Counted from the stretch's first letter, positions 48,085 through 58,123 are shown. The stretch is DNA of 64,000 nucleotides from Candidatus Thorarchaeota archaeon SMTZ1-45 (GCA_001563335.1 LRSL01000069.1:32001-96000), one strand, 5' to 3'. The notes: generated from the sequence alone by a model not told the origin. Translations and numbers: made by a program.

Positions 48085-50334
48085 TTACTCACCAAAATCT
48101 TCCAACAGTGTTTGAATTGAGTCTATGTCATCATCCTCAACTGAATCTTCAATATCAGTGGTTGTTAGTTTTATATCGATACCTAGCTGTTTCTTAATTG
48201 ACTCTGCTATTGAAGTGCCAATAGTAGGAATTCTTGCTAATTCTTCTATTGGAACTTGATATAGATCAGCCAAGTTGACCAATCTATGATTGTGAAGCAT
48301 TCTACCTCTTACTCGTCCAATTCCCTTGAGACTTACAAGTTCTAGAATATCTGAACGAACTCCATGACGAAGACGCAATCTAAGATTTCTGAGAAATGGA
48401 ATATGGCTGACTGCATTGGATATTCTGGAGATTTCTAATGCTGCATATGTCAACCATTCTGCAGATTGTACAAATCGATGAACATCACCCATACCAACAT
48501 TGTATTTTTCTGTAATATCTCTCTCAGTTTTTTCAGAGATCCAATCTTGAAGCAGCAAAGCAGTCTTTACCTGAGCTAGAAATTCTAAGTAAGTGCGAGG
48601 ACTTTCTTCGATAGGTGGTTCAATCATAAGTTCATCAAGATGATCATCTACGGTAATTTCATACTCTTCAGCTTCGGATCTTGTCACATATGATAATGGT
48701 TGGTCTGGAGTATGGCATAATAGATGTAGAATACCAATCATGCTATGGTGGTCTGTTTCAGACAACACATCACGAAATAATATTGCTGTATAGGGGTCAA
48801 TGTATAACTGGGAGGTTCTTCTTCCAATCAGTGTGGCTGTATAGGAACCATCAGAGCTTGTTTCGATTAGACCACCTTCCTCAAGAAAACCTAAAGCGGA
48901 TGAAACATGTTGATTAATCTCCCATTGGTCAAATTGATGTGAGAAGAACGTACCTCCTATTAGAGAGTCTATCTCTTCACGGTTTCTCGTCATTTCTGTG
49001 GCAATAGATGCTAGAAGATGAGCACGAACTGCACGCGGAGAGGCCAATTTAGAGGTGATTTCTTCAGGCTCTGATAGGGTGTAGTTGTCAATAAGAAAAT
49101 CATGTTCAGGTTCGGTCCGGGCTATTAGTACAGCTTCTCCATATTTATCATATTTCGGTCGACCAGCTCTTCCAGCCATCTGTTTGTATTCTAGAACTGG
49201 AATGGGATAGCTACCACGGTCCGTTTCAAAACGTCTGTAATCACGAACAATTACACGTCTTGAGGGAAGATTCACCCCAGCTGCTAAAGTTGGAGTCGCA
49301 ACAATCACTTTCAACATATTTTCTTTGAAGTAGTCCTCAACAAGTGTACGTTCTTGATTATCAAGACCTGCATGGTGAAAAGCAGCTCCATTCGCTATAA
49401 GTCGTGCAAGTATTTTAGAAGACTCTGGTGCTGATGGGGTCCTTCCAATTTTACTTGCCCCTTTAGATAGCTGTAATATTATATCATCAGGGATATATCT
49501 TCTGAGAAAGGGTGCGAGTTTCTTTGCAACAGTAACGGTTGATCGACGACTTGATACAAAGACAAGGACTTGACCATTTTCGTCAAGTGTGTCACAGACA
49601 ACATCAGCTAATTCATCTCTTCGGGTCCTATTGATATTTCGAAAGCTGTTCTTTCCGTCTTTAAAGAAATTAATTCGCCCATCCAAGTAAACCCCTTCAC
49701 TTAGAGGTACAGGTCTCCAAGTATCTCTAACAAGCTCAGCACCAAGCCACTCAGCAATCTGATTGGCATTTGAGATTGTTGCACTAAGAGCAATAATCTG
49801 AATGTGTTTTATGATTTGAATGAGCTTGGCTAATACCATCTCAAGTGTAGGGCCTCTTTTGGGGTCATTAATGAGATGAATCTCATCTGCAACAACAATT
49901 CCAATATCATTGATCCATTCAGCTTTATGACGGACCAACGAATCAGCCCGTTCAGTTGTCACTATCACAATGTCTGAATCATGTAGACGTCTTCCAGGGG
50001 AATCATAGTCACCTATCGACATTGAGGTTGTAATGCCTAGTGACTCGTATTTCTTAAACTCTATATATTTCTCACGAGCAAGAGATTTCAGCGGCACAAG
50101 ATAGAGCGCTTTCCCGCGGCCATCAAGTATTGTTTTGAGCATACAAATTTCGGCAACTAACGTTTTTCCTGAACTGGTGGGTATTGCAAGAACAAGGTTC
50201 TTTCCATCAAGGACTCCTGTTTTGAATGCAATGATTTGGGGTGGAAAAAGCTCTGATATTCCTTGGACCTGAAGATGTTTGATTATTTTGCTGTTGATAT
50301 CAAGCTTGTCAAGTCGAATATTACTCCACTCCAA
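48085..50334 (-). CDS. hel308: Hel308/Hjm SF2 DNA helicase
   Basis: PTSSGKT, DEIH, LSAT, FHHAGL, TPTLAAGVNLP, QMAGRAGRP, HhH domain. Confidence 0.95.
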   Translation of the reverse strand: MEWSNIRLDKLDINSKIIKHLQVQGISELFPPQIIAFKTGVLDGKNLVLAIPTSSGKTLVAEICMLKTILDGRGKALYLVPLKSLAREKYIEFKKYESLGITTSMSIGDYDSPGRRLHDSDIVIVTTERADSLVRHKAEWINDIGIVVADEIHLINDPKRGPTLEMVLAKLIQIIKHIQIIALSATISNANQIAEWLGAELVRDTWRPVPLSEGVYLDGRINFFKDGKNSFRNINRTRRDELADVVCDTLDENGQVLVFVSSRRSTVTVAKKLAPFLRRYIPDDIILQLSKGASKIGRTPSAPESSKILARLIANGAAFHHAGLDNQERTLVEDYFKENMLKVIVATPTLAAGVNLPSRRVIVRDYRRFETDRGSYPIPVLEYKQMAGRAGRPKYDKYGEAVLIARTEPEHDFLIDNYTLSEPEEITSKLASPRAVRAHLLASIATEMTRNREEIDSLIGGTFFSHQFDQWEINQHVSSALGFLEEGGLIETSSDGSYTATLIGRRTSQLYIDPYTAILFRDVLSETDHHSMIGILHLLCHTPDQPLSYVTRSEAEEYEITVDDHLDELMIEPPIEESPRTYLEFLAQVKTALLLQDWISEKTERDITEKYNVGMGDVHRFVQSAEWLTYAALEISRISNAVSHIPFLRNLRLRLRHGVRSDILELVSLKGIGRVRGRMLHNHRLVNLADLYQVPIEELARIPTIGTSIAESIKKQLGIDIKLTTTDIEDSVEDDDIDSIQTLLEDFGE

Positions 50335-50364
50335 ATTTTACTGGCAATATTTGAGGGATCTAGA

Positions 50365-52431
50365 TCAGCTCTGAGAGTGTCTGATTTTGCCCTCGCGTGG
50401 ACTGTATAATATTCCTTCAGCCAACAGTTTCTCAATGACTTCTTCAGCTCTTTCACGAGGCAGTCCCATGGAAACTGCTCTCTGAATTAGGGCATCTTTA
50501 TTCACTGTCGAGGTTCCTTCAGACTCCATATCACGAATAGCTTTGATTATAATGTCTGAGGAACTTCGTTGTGATGCACTCATCTTAGAAACAAGACGGT
50601 CAATATCGATTTTTCCTGTTATTCGGTCAAGTGCCACCATACGAAGTGATTCTTCCATGAGTCGGACTGCTGATTGAGCATCCTCCTTAGTGACTTTGGA
50701 TTGCAACGCCATTCGAGCCCGAGCCTCTGATAAACGAACAAGTGATTCTAGCTGACGTGCTGTGATTGGAACTGGTGAAGCTCCACCTTCTGCACTCTTT
50801 CGTAGATCTACATAGAAATTCTCTATCACCTCTGCTGCCTCTGGTGATAGTTGTGGAATAACATAACGATTAGCATATCCAATATATTTCTTCAGAAAAT
50901 CAGGAGCGATAGGCGGCGTTGTGGTTTGATCTTGTGTCTTCTTCATCTGGTGCATATTAAGTATGAATTGTGCAAGCTCACGGTCTCTTGTGGCCTCTGG
51001 CGTATCAACTAATATCCAAATCAAATCAAACCTTGAGAGAATAGTGAATGGCAGTCTGATGTTATCTTGGACAGAGAGTGATGACTCATAACGTCCCAAA
51101 GTTGGGTTGGCGGCTGCAAGAATAGAGGTTCTTGCATTCAGAGTAGCGACAATTCCAGCTTTTGCAATACTCACTGTGTGTTGTTCCATGGCTTCGTGTA
51201 TTGCAGTTCGATCATTAGGGTCCATCTTGTCAAACTCGTCAATACATGTAATCCCTTGGTCAGACAAAACCAATGCTCCAGCCTCAAGGGTCATAGCACC
51301 AGATTCAGTATCATGAACTACAGCTGCTGTTAGCCCAGCTGCGGTGGTTCCCTTTCCGGAGGTGTAAAGTCCTCGTGCAGCAAGTCCCGCTACAAACTTT
51401 AGAATCTGACTTTTTCCTGTTCCGGGGTCTCCAACCATCAATATGTTTGATTTACCCCTAAGGCGAGTCCCATCAGGCAATGTCTTTCCAACGCCACCAA
51501 AAAGGAGGAGCGCAATTGATTCTTTGATGTGTTCATGACCGTGAATAGAAGGTGCTATTGATGCATTGATTCTTTCATGAACATATGGATCCTCAGCTAG
51601 CTCTTTGATTCGCTTCTCATCATCTTCTGATATCTCAAGTTGTTCATACTCTTTTTCTGATATCTCAATACCATTTGCTTCAATGAACACATTGAATGTG
51701 GCAAGCTTGCCTCCTCTTCTTGAGAAGTCAGGAGATGTTTGAAGTATACCAGTCACTTTGACCAATTCTCCAGGTCTGGAGATATCAACAATATCACCTT
51801 CAAGAATGACATCAACAGACCTAGGCATTTGTCCTGGAGGAAGTTCCTCGGGCGACTCTTGGATTCTAACTTTTTGCCAATCTTTGAATTGTGATTTCTG
51901 AGGAAGCAAACGCATGGGTGTTTTCTTTGTACAAACTGGGCACAACGCTGGTTCTGTATATCTTCCTTCTTCTTGGGGTTGTGGTATTTCTGCTTGACAA
52001 ATTCTACAGAGGAACATTGCTTGGACTAATAGTGGTTTGACCACACTTGCTCTCATCATGATTCCACTGATATGTATCAGCTTCCCGATATGACGCGACC
52101 TCAGAGCACGTAGTGCTATATGTTCAGGATAATTGACAAAGCGTGTTTTTATGAGGCTGACATCAAGACTAGCAACATAGTCCGGATCTTCGATACGCAG
52201 TACTGAAACTAGGGCATTATCTGTCATCTCCAAGAATTTCTGAGGATCTTCTGCTGCTAATGCCATGAACACATTATCGAAGCTGGTCAGGTCTTGAAAA
52301 TCGATGGTGAGGGATATTTCATCATTAATTGACATTTGTTGGATTCTCGACCAATAGGTCAAAGTTCCTTGTACATCTTTGTATGTTCTTAGGAACTCCT
52401 CGAATCTTTCCTGTTCATCATAACCGGACAT
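50365..52431 (-). CDS. mcm: MCM replicative helicase (no intein)
   Basis: C4 Zn finger, GDPGTGKSQ, IDEFDKM, AMEQ, SRFD, C-terminal wHTH. Confidence 0.97.
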   Translation of the reverse strand: MSGYDEQERFEEFLRTYKDVQGTLTYWSRIQQMSINDEISLTIDFQDLTSFDNVFMALAAEDPQKFLEMTDNALVSVLRIEDPDYVASLDVSLIKTRFVNYPEHIALRALRSRHIGKLIHISGIMMRASVVKPLLVQAMFLCRICQAEIPQPQEEGRYTEPALCPVCTKKTPMRLLPQKSQFKDWQKVRIQESPEELPPGQMPRSVDVILEGDIVDISRPGELVKVTGILQTSPDFSRRGGKLATFNVFIEANGIEISEKEYEQLEISEDDEKRIKELAEDPYVHERINASIAPSIHGHEHIKESIALLLFGGVGKTLPDGTRLRGKSNILMVGDPGTGKSQILKFVAGLAARGLYTSGKGTTAAGLTAAVVHDTESGAMTLEAGALVLSDQGITCIDEFDKMDPNDRTAIHEAMEQHTVSIAKAGIVATLNARTSILAAANPTLGRYESSLSVQDNIRLPFTILSRFDLIWILVDTPEATRDRELAQFILNMHQMKKTQDQTTTPPIAPDFLKKYIGYANRYVIPQLSPEAAEVIENFYVDLRKSAEGGASPVPITARQLESLVRLSEARARMALQSKVTKEDAQSAVRLMEESLRMVALDRITGKIDIDRLVSKMSASQRSSSDIIIKAIRDMESEGTSTVNKDALIQRAVSMGLPRERAEEVIEKLLAEGILYSPREGKIRHSQS

Positions 52432-52539
52432 TTCTGCTAGCCTCGATAATTATTAATTATTCATGAATACGTATTCTTCTATCAATATTCGATTTCTAGT
52501 TCTTCTTGATTTGTATTTAACGGCACTAATTCTAATTAC

Positions 52540-53109
52540 CTATTCCAGAATATTTTGGCGCCATCCGGAGAGCAAATCAATTAGCTCTTCACAGAGCCAT
52601 CTCTCTTCATAAGCCATTTGTTTTCTCTTCTCTTGATATGCTCCTGATTTAGCTACTCGAAGTATTTTTGATAATCGAGTTTCTACCAAAAAGGGAACCA
52701 TGCGTTGAAGTTTTTCGATTTCGTCATATTTTCTAGGGTCTATAGATGTTCTGTCACTCTGAAGTCGGAGTACTTTTCTGTTGAGAGCTGTGTAGAGATA
52801 TGGTTGAAATGTTTGTAGTTTATGAGGTTGTTTTTCTTCTTCTCGATAGAGGTTTTGAAGTCTTCTTAATGAGTCGTAGGCATCTTCAGGTACAATATCT
52901 ATGAAATCATATCTCATAAATCGCTCTATTGCCCAGTTAGGAAAACTTGCCCTGTCACCCTTCTTGAAAGGACCCATTTTATTTCCAGCCACAGTAACTT
53001 CAGGCATTGATTTTTGAAATATACATTCTCGGGTTTCATTGAGAAACATCATCTCAAAGCGATTCATCTCATCTTTTGCTTCACTACATATCTTCATGAG
53101 AAACCACAT
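52540..53109 (-). CDS. gins23: GINS subunit Gins23
   Basis: B-domain first ('GPFKKG...P.W'), then A-domain ('RLSKIL...EERWL'); directly upstream of mcm. Confidence 0.72.
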   Translation of the reverse strand: MWFLMKICSEAKDEMNRFEMMFLNETRECIFQKSMPEVTVAGNKMGPFKKGDRASFPNWAIERFMRYDFIDIVPEDAYDSLRRLQNLYREEEKQPHKLQTFQPYLYTALNRKVLRLQSDRTSIDPRKYDEIEKLQRMVPFLVETRLSKILRVAKSGAYQEKRKQMAYEERWLCEELIDLLSGWRQNILE

Positions 53110-53296
53110 TCACTTTCTGATTAAGTTGAGATAAAGCCCTTACTCTGTATCAACGAGGCAGAATGATTAATCCTATGCTTCATTTGAGTGATATGATTCT
53201 GTTGCCAGAGAATCTTTTAAAGCGCCGAAAAGGAATCATCACGAAACCTGTAGAATTGTAAGGTCATCATGACTACAATATTGGTGGGAACTACAA

Positions 53297-54241
53297 ATGG
53301 ATTTGGATCTATGGACTGAAAAATATCGACCTCCAACTTTAGGTGAGATTATTGGTCAGGTATCAGTGATTGAGAGCTTAAAGAAATTTGTAGAAACCAA
53401 GGCTGTACCTCACTGCTTGTTTGCAGGACCACCTGGGACAAGTAAAACTACTGCAGCAATGGCAATGGCTAGAGACCTCTTTGGAAACACATTTGGACGG
53501 AATTTTATGGAGCTAAATGCAAGTGATGAAAGAGGGATTGATGTTGTAAGAAATCAAATTAAGAATTTTGCAAGGACAATGCCATCAGGTGATGCACCGT
53601 TCAAAATTCTTGTTCTTGATGAGGCCGATCATCTTACTGCGGATGCTCAGCATGCTCTACGACGCACAATGGAATCTTATGCTGTTTCTTGTAGAATGAT
53701 TTTGATTTGTAATTATTCTAGTAGGATTATTCCACCTATTCAATCAAGATGTGCAATTTTTCGCTTTTCCAGACTTAGTAATGATGATATTGCAAGTAGA
53801 CTCAATTATATCGCCAAAGAGGAAGGAGTAAGACTTCTTTCTTCTGGCATTGAAGCTATTCTGTATCTTGCTGAGGGGGATATGAGAGCTGCCATCAATC
53901 TTCTTCAAGCTTCATCATCCACAGGTCAGAAAGTGACTGATGAGATTGTATATTCAATCTCTGGAAAAGCAAACCCAGAAACTGTAAGGAAGATGCTTAG
54001 CGATGCCAAAGAGGGAAAATATGATCAGTCTCTTGATAGTCTAAGGAGTCTAATCTATCAGCAGGGAGTTTCACCCGTGGACTTGGTGAAGCAGATGCAT
54101 CGTGAGATTGAGGATCTAAATCTTGATAGTCAAAAAAGATTGGATATACTGAACCAGACAGCTGAAATAGAGTTCCGCATGTCTGAAGGTGCAAATGGTG
54201 AGATTCAACTTTCCTCACTCTTAGCGCGTCTGGGATTGTGA
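53297..54241 (+). CDS. rfcS: Replication factor C small subunit
   Basis: W.EKYRP, GPPGTSKTT, ELNASDERG, LDEAD, QSRC, GDMR. Confidence 0.95.
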   Translation: MDLDLWTEKYRPPTLGEIIGQVSVIESLKKFVETKAVPHCLFAGPPGTSKTTAAMAMARDLFGNTFGRNFMELNASDERGIDVVRNQIKNFARTMPSGDAPFKILVLDEADHLTADAQHALRRTMESYAVSCRMILICNYSSRIIPPIQSRCAIFRFSRLSNDDIASRLNYIAKEEGVRLLSSGIEAILYLAEGDMRAAINLLQASSSTGQKVTDEIVYSISGKANPETVRKMLSDAKEGKYDQSLDSLRSLIYQQGVSPVDLVKQMHREIEDLNLDSQKRLDILNQTAEIEFRMSEGANGEIQLSSLLARLGL

Positions 54242-54261
54242 GTAAATGGTAGTGATTCTAA

Positions 54262-55482
54262 ATGATTGATGAAAACCTACCTTGGCCAGAAAAACATCGT
54301 CCAAAAACACTTGAAAGAGTGGTTGGGAATCATGAAACAATCCAGTCATTGAAAAACTGGATTGAATCATGGATATCAAAAATTCCAAACAGAAGAGCAG
54401 CTCTCTTAATCGGACCACCTGGAATAGGAAAAACTGCATCAATTGGAGCTATGGCAAACGATTTGGATATGGAACTTGTAGAATTCAATTCAAGTGATAA
54501 AAGGAACAAGGATAATATAGAAACATTAGTTTGGAGAGCTGCATCACAACAAACTCTCGATGGTAGACCTAGGCTTATTTTGTTGGATGAGGTGGATGGT
54601 CTCTCAGGAACTAGTGATAGAGGTGGAGTGGGAGCGATCTTGAAAGTAATCAAGGACACGGTCCATCCAATTGTTATGACCGCAAATGATCCAAGTAGTC
54701 CTCGTCTTAAAGATCTCATGAAGGTATGTCAAGTCTTCAGCTTTGAGCTCATACAGAATAGTGATATCGAGAAGATATTGAAACATATACTGTTGGAAAA
54801 CAATGTGGAAGTATCTAATGAAGTACTCAACGAGATAGTTGAAGGTTCGGGAGGAGACCTTCGTGCTGCAATTTCTGATTTAGAGTCTCAGGTGAGGAGT
54901 GGTTTAACATCTGTAGTAATTGAATCAGTTATCAGAGACTCAAAACGTGGTGACGAAGAAACTCTACGGCATTTGTTTGCTTCAGCGAGTTCGAAGGCTG
55001 CCAGAAAGGCATTATCTGAATCAGAGCTAAATCATGATTCATTGGTATTATGGCTAGAAGAAAATCTACATCTTCATCTCATGACTCCAAATGAACTAGA
55101 TGATGGATTCGAACAACTTTCTCTTGCAGATTTAACACTTGGAAGAATCATGGTAAATCAAAATTGGAAGCTACTTGCATATGTTTACGACTTCTTATCC
55201 ATGGGAGTAGCTATGAGCCGATCTGAAACGCCGTTCAAGCGTGTTAAATATTCACAGCCTTCATGGCCACTTTTAGTTTGGCAAGGTGAAAGAAAACGAG
55301 ATAAACAGGCTGATGTCATCTCGTCTCTATCTGAGGTGACAAGAGTTTCAAAGAGAAGAGTACGTCAAACCCACCTTGATAGCATTCGCGAGATTCTGAA
55401 GATAAATCCTAAAAGTCTGGCTGATTTCGCGAGTTGGTTGAATGTTGATAAGTCATCATTGGCCTTGAAAAGTGGTCGATGA
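54262..55482 (+). CDS. rfcL: Replication factor C large subunit
   Basis: W.EKHRP, GPPGIGKT, EFNSSD.R, LDEVDG, GDLR.AI.DL. Confidence 0.92.
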   Translation: MIDENLPWPEKHRPKTLERVVGNHETIQSLKNWIESWISKIPNRRAALLIGPPGIGKTASIGAMANDLDMELVEFNSSDKRNKDNIETLVWRAASQQTLDGRPRLILLDEVDGLSGTSDRGGVGAILKVIKDTVHPIVMTANDPSSPRLKDLMKVCQVFSFELIQNSDIEKILKHILLENNVEVSNEVLNEIVEGSGGDLRAAISDLESQVRSGLTSVVIESVIRDSKRGDEETLRHLFASASSKAARKALSESELNHDSLVLWLEENLHLHLMTPNELDDGFEQLSLADLTLGRIMVNQNWKLLAYVYDFLSMGVAMSRSETPFKRVKYSQPSWPLLVWQGERKRDKQADVISSLSEVTRVSKRRVRQTHLDSIREILKINPKSLADFASWLNVDKSSLALKSGR

Positions 55483-56272
55483 CATTACTTACTGTTCTAA
55501 TTGACCGTCTATATTGTTCGAGTTGATTGTATAGTTGTTTTTGGATTAGTCGAATTGCGTATTTGCTTGGCTTCATTTGGACTGGAACTATTGTTTCCAT
55601 AAGGACTAGGTTTTCTGGTGGAGCGGGTTGGATCCCACTTTTAAAGACTTGATGTCCTGAGAGAATATTCTCGATAGATTCAAGTTTGATTCTTTCAGCT
55701 CCAATTTCTGTGAGTAGTGTTACTATTTTACGTACTAGTTTCCAGAGAAATCGAGTTCCAAAGATATCCAAGAAATAACCATTGTTATGGAAACTAATTG
55801 ATATGTTCAGAATTGTTGTGGTAGTATTTCGACCACCATCAGGTTTTGCAAGTTCAAAGAAATCATTAGATCCGATTAATAGAGCTGCTGCTTTTTTGGA
55901 AATTTCAAGATTCAAATCAGTCCAAGATTTGTCAAGATAGTATCGATAGTGTCGCATCAATACACTGTGGCGTGGTGAAAAATTGGGAGGCGCTTTTGTA
56001 GATGCCCATAATATGATATCATCTGGAAGATAACGATTGATTTTGTCAATATTGAATTGATTCTCTGTAATGATCATAGCCAGTTGTCCAATACTATGAA
56101 CTCCTCTGTCAGTCCTTCCTGATAATTGGACTGTTTGAGTAGAGTGGGACTCTCTGCTCCAGCTTGTGAGAGCATCGATTAGTTCTCCTTGGACTGTCGC
56201 AAGACCTGGTTGATATTGCGAGCCATGATAATCGTCACCAAGATAAAACAAACGTGAGAGATAGTTCGTCAT
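55409..56272 (-). CDS. truA: tRNA pseudouridine(38-40) synthase
   Basis: Y.G..Y.G.Q.QP, SGRTDRGVH, R.Y.Y, FLW..VRK. Confidence 0.92.
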   Translation of the reverse strand: MTNYLSRLFYLGDDYHGSQYQPGLATVQGELIDALTSWSRESHSTQTVQLSGRTDRGVHSIGQLAMIITENQFNIDKINRYLPDDIILWASTKAPPNFSPRHSVLMRHYRYYLDKSWTDLNLEISKKAAALLIGSNDFFELAKPDGGRNTTTTILNISISFHNNGYFLDIFGTRFLWKLVRKIVTLLTEIGAERIKLESIENILSGHQVFKSGIQPAPPENLVLMETIVPVQMKPSKYAIRLIQKQLYNQLEQYRRSIRTVSNVIDHFSRPMMTYQHSTNSRNQPDF

Positions 56273-56287
56273 ATCGTAGATACCTCA

Positions 56288-56572
56288 TCATGACTCCCAG
56301 AGATTGAATAAACTTCTTAGTGAGCGTGCCCTAAGGTCTTCGATTTTGTATCGATATATTTTGATTCTACCAAATTTCTTCTCCTCTATGAGACCTGAGT
56401 TTAGTAACACTTCAAGATGTGATTTTGTAGAACTATGATTGAGGTCTACTCTTCTACAAAGCTCTGAGATATTTAACTCGTTAGAAACAGCAAGTTCCTT
56501 GAGTATCTTTATTCTTCCTCGTGATGAGAATATGTCTTCAATGGCAATTTTATGCGAATTTTCAGAATCCAT
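56288..56572 (-). CDS. Winged-helix (ArsR-like) protein coupled to cdc6
   Basis: IFSS.GRIKIL..L....ELNISE..RR..LNH.....HL..L...GL. Confidence 0.85.
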   Translation of the reverse strand: MDSENSHKIAIEDIFSSRGRIKILKELAVSNELNISELCRRVDLNHSSTKSHLEVLLNSGLIEEKKFGRIKIYRYKIEDLRARSLRSLFNLWES

Positions 56573-57789
56573 TATTTTCTCATAGCCTCCTTGGATGTAT
56601 CGAGCAATCCCGAGAGAAATTGTTCCAACATCTCAGCTGGAACCTCAGAGAACCCAATAAGAGTGGTCTGACCTCTCTGGCCTGTCCCGGATTTCTTCGT
56701 ATCTATGATACCATGTGAATGGAGATCTTGAACCCATTCCCAAATTTGGGTATGTGCCCGTGGTTCTTGGTAATATTCTTCACATATTGAACGATACATG
56801 TCTTCAACTTCACCAATTGTAACATACGCACCACGAATCTCTCTAAGTTGCCTTGCTGCGGCTAATAACAGAAGTTTATGTTGAATAGGTAGTGTAGCAA
56901 AAATTTCCTTTCTGAGCTCAGGATGAGTATCAGCTTTGGCACGACGTGCATAATCAGGTATTACAATATCTGTTTGGTCGCTATCAGCGCATTTACCTGC
57001 GCGCCATAGGAGCTCTATGGCATAGCGTGCATCACCGTGTTCAGAAGCAATATCACAGATGACTTGGATTGTTTCATCCATTACAGCTTTCTTCTCAAAG
57101 GCCATTTCTACACGATCTCGGAGTATATCATAAAGCGCATCACGATTATATCTTGAAAAACGAAGGATATTGCGCTGAAGTGTACTACGTGTGCTAGAAT
57201 CAAGAATATCATCATCAAGAGGGATTTTGCGACCAATTCCTATAATTGAGAGTCGCTGAGTCGCATTTAATCTGTCATCCATAAGACGTGTAAGATCATA
57301 TAAAATGTCAGCACCTCTTTGTCTGATGAAATAATCAAGTTCATCCAGAATTAGGAGAAGATAGCGGTCCTCTTCATCGAGAACTTCGACTAGCATTTGA
57401 AGCAGTTCATCAGGAGAATGTCCACGCCTAGGAAATTTTGGTTTAAACTCTCTCAGTACTCGAAGAAAGACCAAGTATGATGTCTTATTAACACGGCAAT
57501 TAATGTGAATGTTATGAAGTCTGATATTCCTTCTTTTTGCAGCTTGAATCATCTGTTCAGAGAATCTTTTAGCTACAGCTGTCTTTCCTGTACCTACTGG
57601 TCCTTCAATGATGAATCTATTACTCGTGCGACCTGGTGAACTGATTAGAGTCTTGAAACTTTGAACAAGTGTCCGAATTTCTGATTGACGATGAGGAAGG
57701 CTTTCTGGTACATAATCAATTGATAAGAACTGTTCTGATTTGAATACGCTACGTCTACTGAGTTCATCTTCAACATAATCATGAGGCAT
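56572..57789 (-). CDS. cdc6: Orc1/Cdc6 initiator, second paralog
   Basis: GPVGTGKT, LDELD, HGDARYAIELL, C-terminal wHTH 'G.RG.TT.I'. Confidence 0.94.
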   Translation of the reverse strand: MPHDYVEDELSRRSVFKSEQFLSIDYVPESLPHRQSEIRTLVQSFKTLISSPGRTSNRFIIEGPVGTGKTAVAKRFSEQMIQAAKRRNIRLHNIHINCRVNKTSYLVFLRVLREFKPKFPRRGHSPDELLQMLVEVLDEEDRYLLLILDELDYFIRQRGADILYDLTRLMDDRLNATQRLSIIGIGRKIPLDDDILDSSTRSTLQRNILRFSRYNRDALYDILRDRVEMAFEKKAVMDETIQVICDIASEHGDARYAIELLWRAGKCADSDQTDIVIPDYARRAKADTHPELRKEIFATLPIQHKLLLLAAARQLREIRGAYVTIGEVEDMYRSICEEYYQEPRAHTQIWEWVQDLHSHGIIDTKKSGTGQRGQTTLIGFSEVPAEMLEQFLSGLLDTSKEAMRK

Positions 57790-57881
57790 AACAGTCTAAA
57801 CGCCACTCTATTGATACACCTTAAAAGCGTTTGTAGAGCGTACGATTAAATGTATAGTAAAGGGGGAGGTTGCCGAAAGTA

Positions 57882-57958
57882 ATGGCGAGCTCCTAACTCA
57901 AGATCCATATCATTGTCATTTCTGACTCATAGGGGTCATAGCAATCATCGCTCGCCAT
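57882..57958. repeat. 9-bp perfect inverted repeat enclosing a further hairpin
   Basis: ATGGCGAGC (57882-57890) / GCTCGCCAT (57950-57958); internal TGACTC-ATAG-GGGTCA hairpin. Confidence 0.7.
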
Positions 57959-58021
57959 GGATTTGAACCCGGCTTGGAAGCTTGGGAGGCTTCCGTCCTA
58001 ACCAGACTAGACCACGGTCGC
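57947..58021 (-). tRNA. tRNA-Gly(CCC)-like gene with intact positions 1-62 but degenerate 3' T-stem and acceptor strand (pseudo, split or disrupted)
   Basis: GCGACCG TG GTCT AGTCTGGTTA GGAC G GAAGC CTCCCAA GCTTC CAAG CCGGG TTCAAAT CC, then ATGGCGAGCGA instead of the expected CGGCGGTCGCA. Confidence 0.7.
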
Positions 58022-58123
58022 TTTGTGACTCACGAAATTAAATTTGATAAAAGAATATCGGAATTCTAATAGCTGTAAGAGTATACTTATCTTGAGTATA
58101 TTATTGAACGCTGATTGGGAATT

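Noticed and set aside
57862-57950. tRNA-Sec or SECIS element
   Set aside because: No TCA anticodon arm or valid cloverleaf; the ATGA/TGA pairing is weak and no selenoprotein is adjacent
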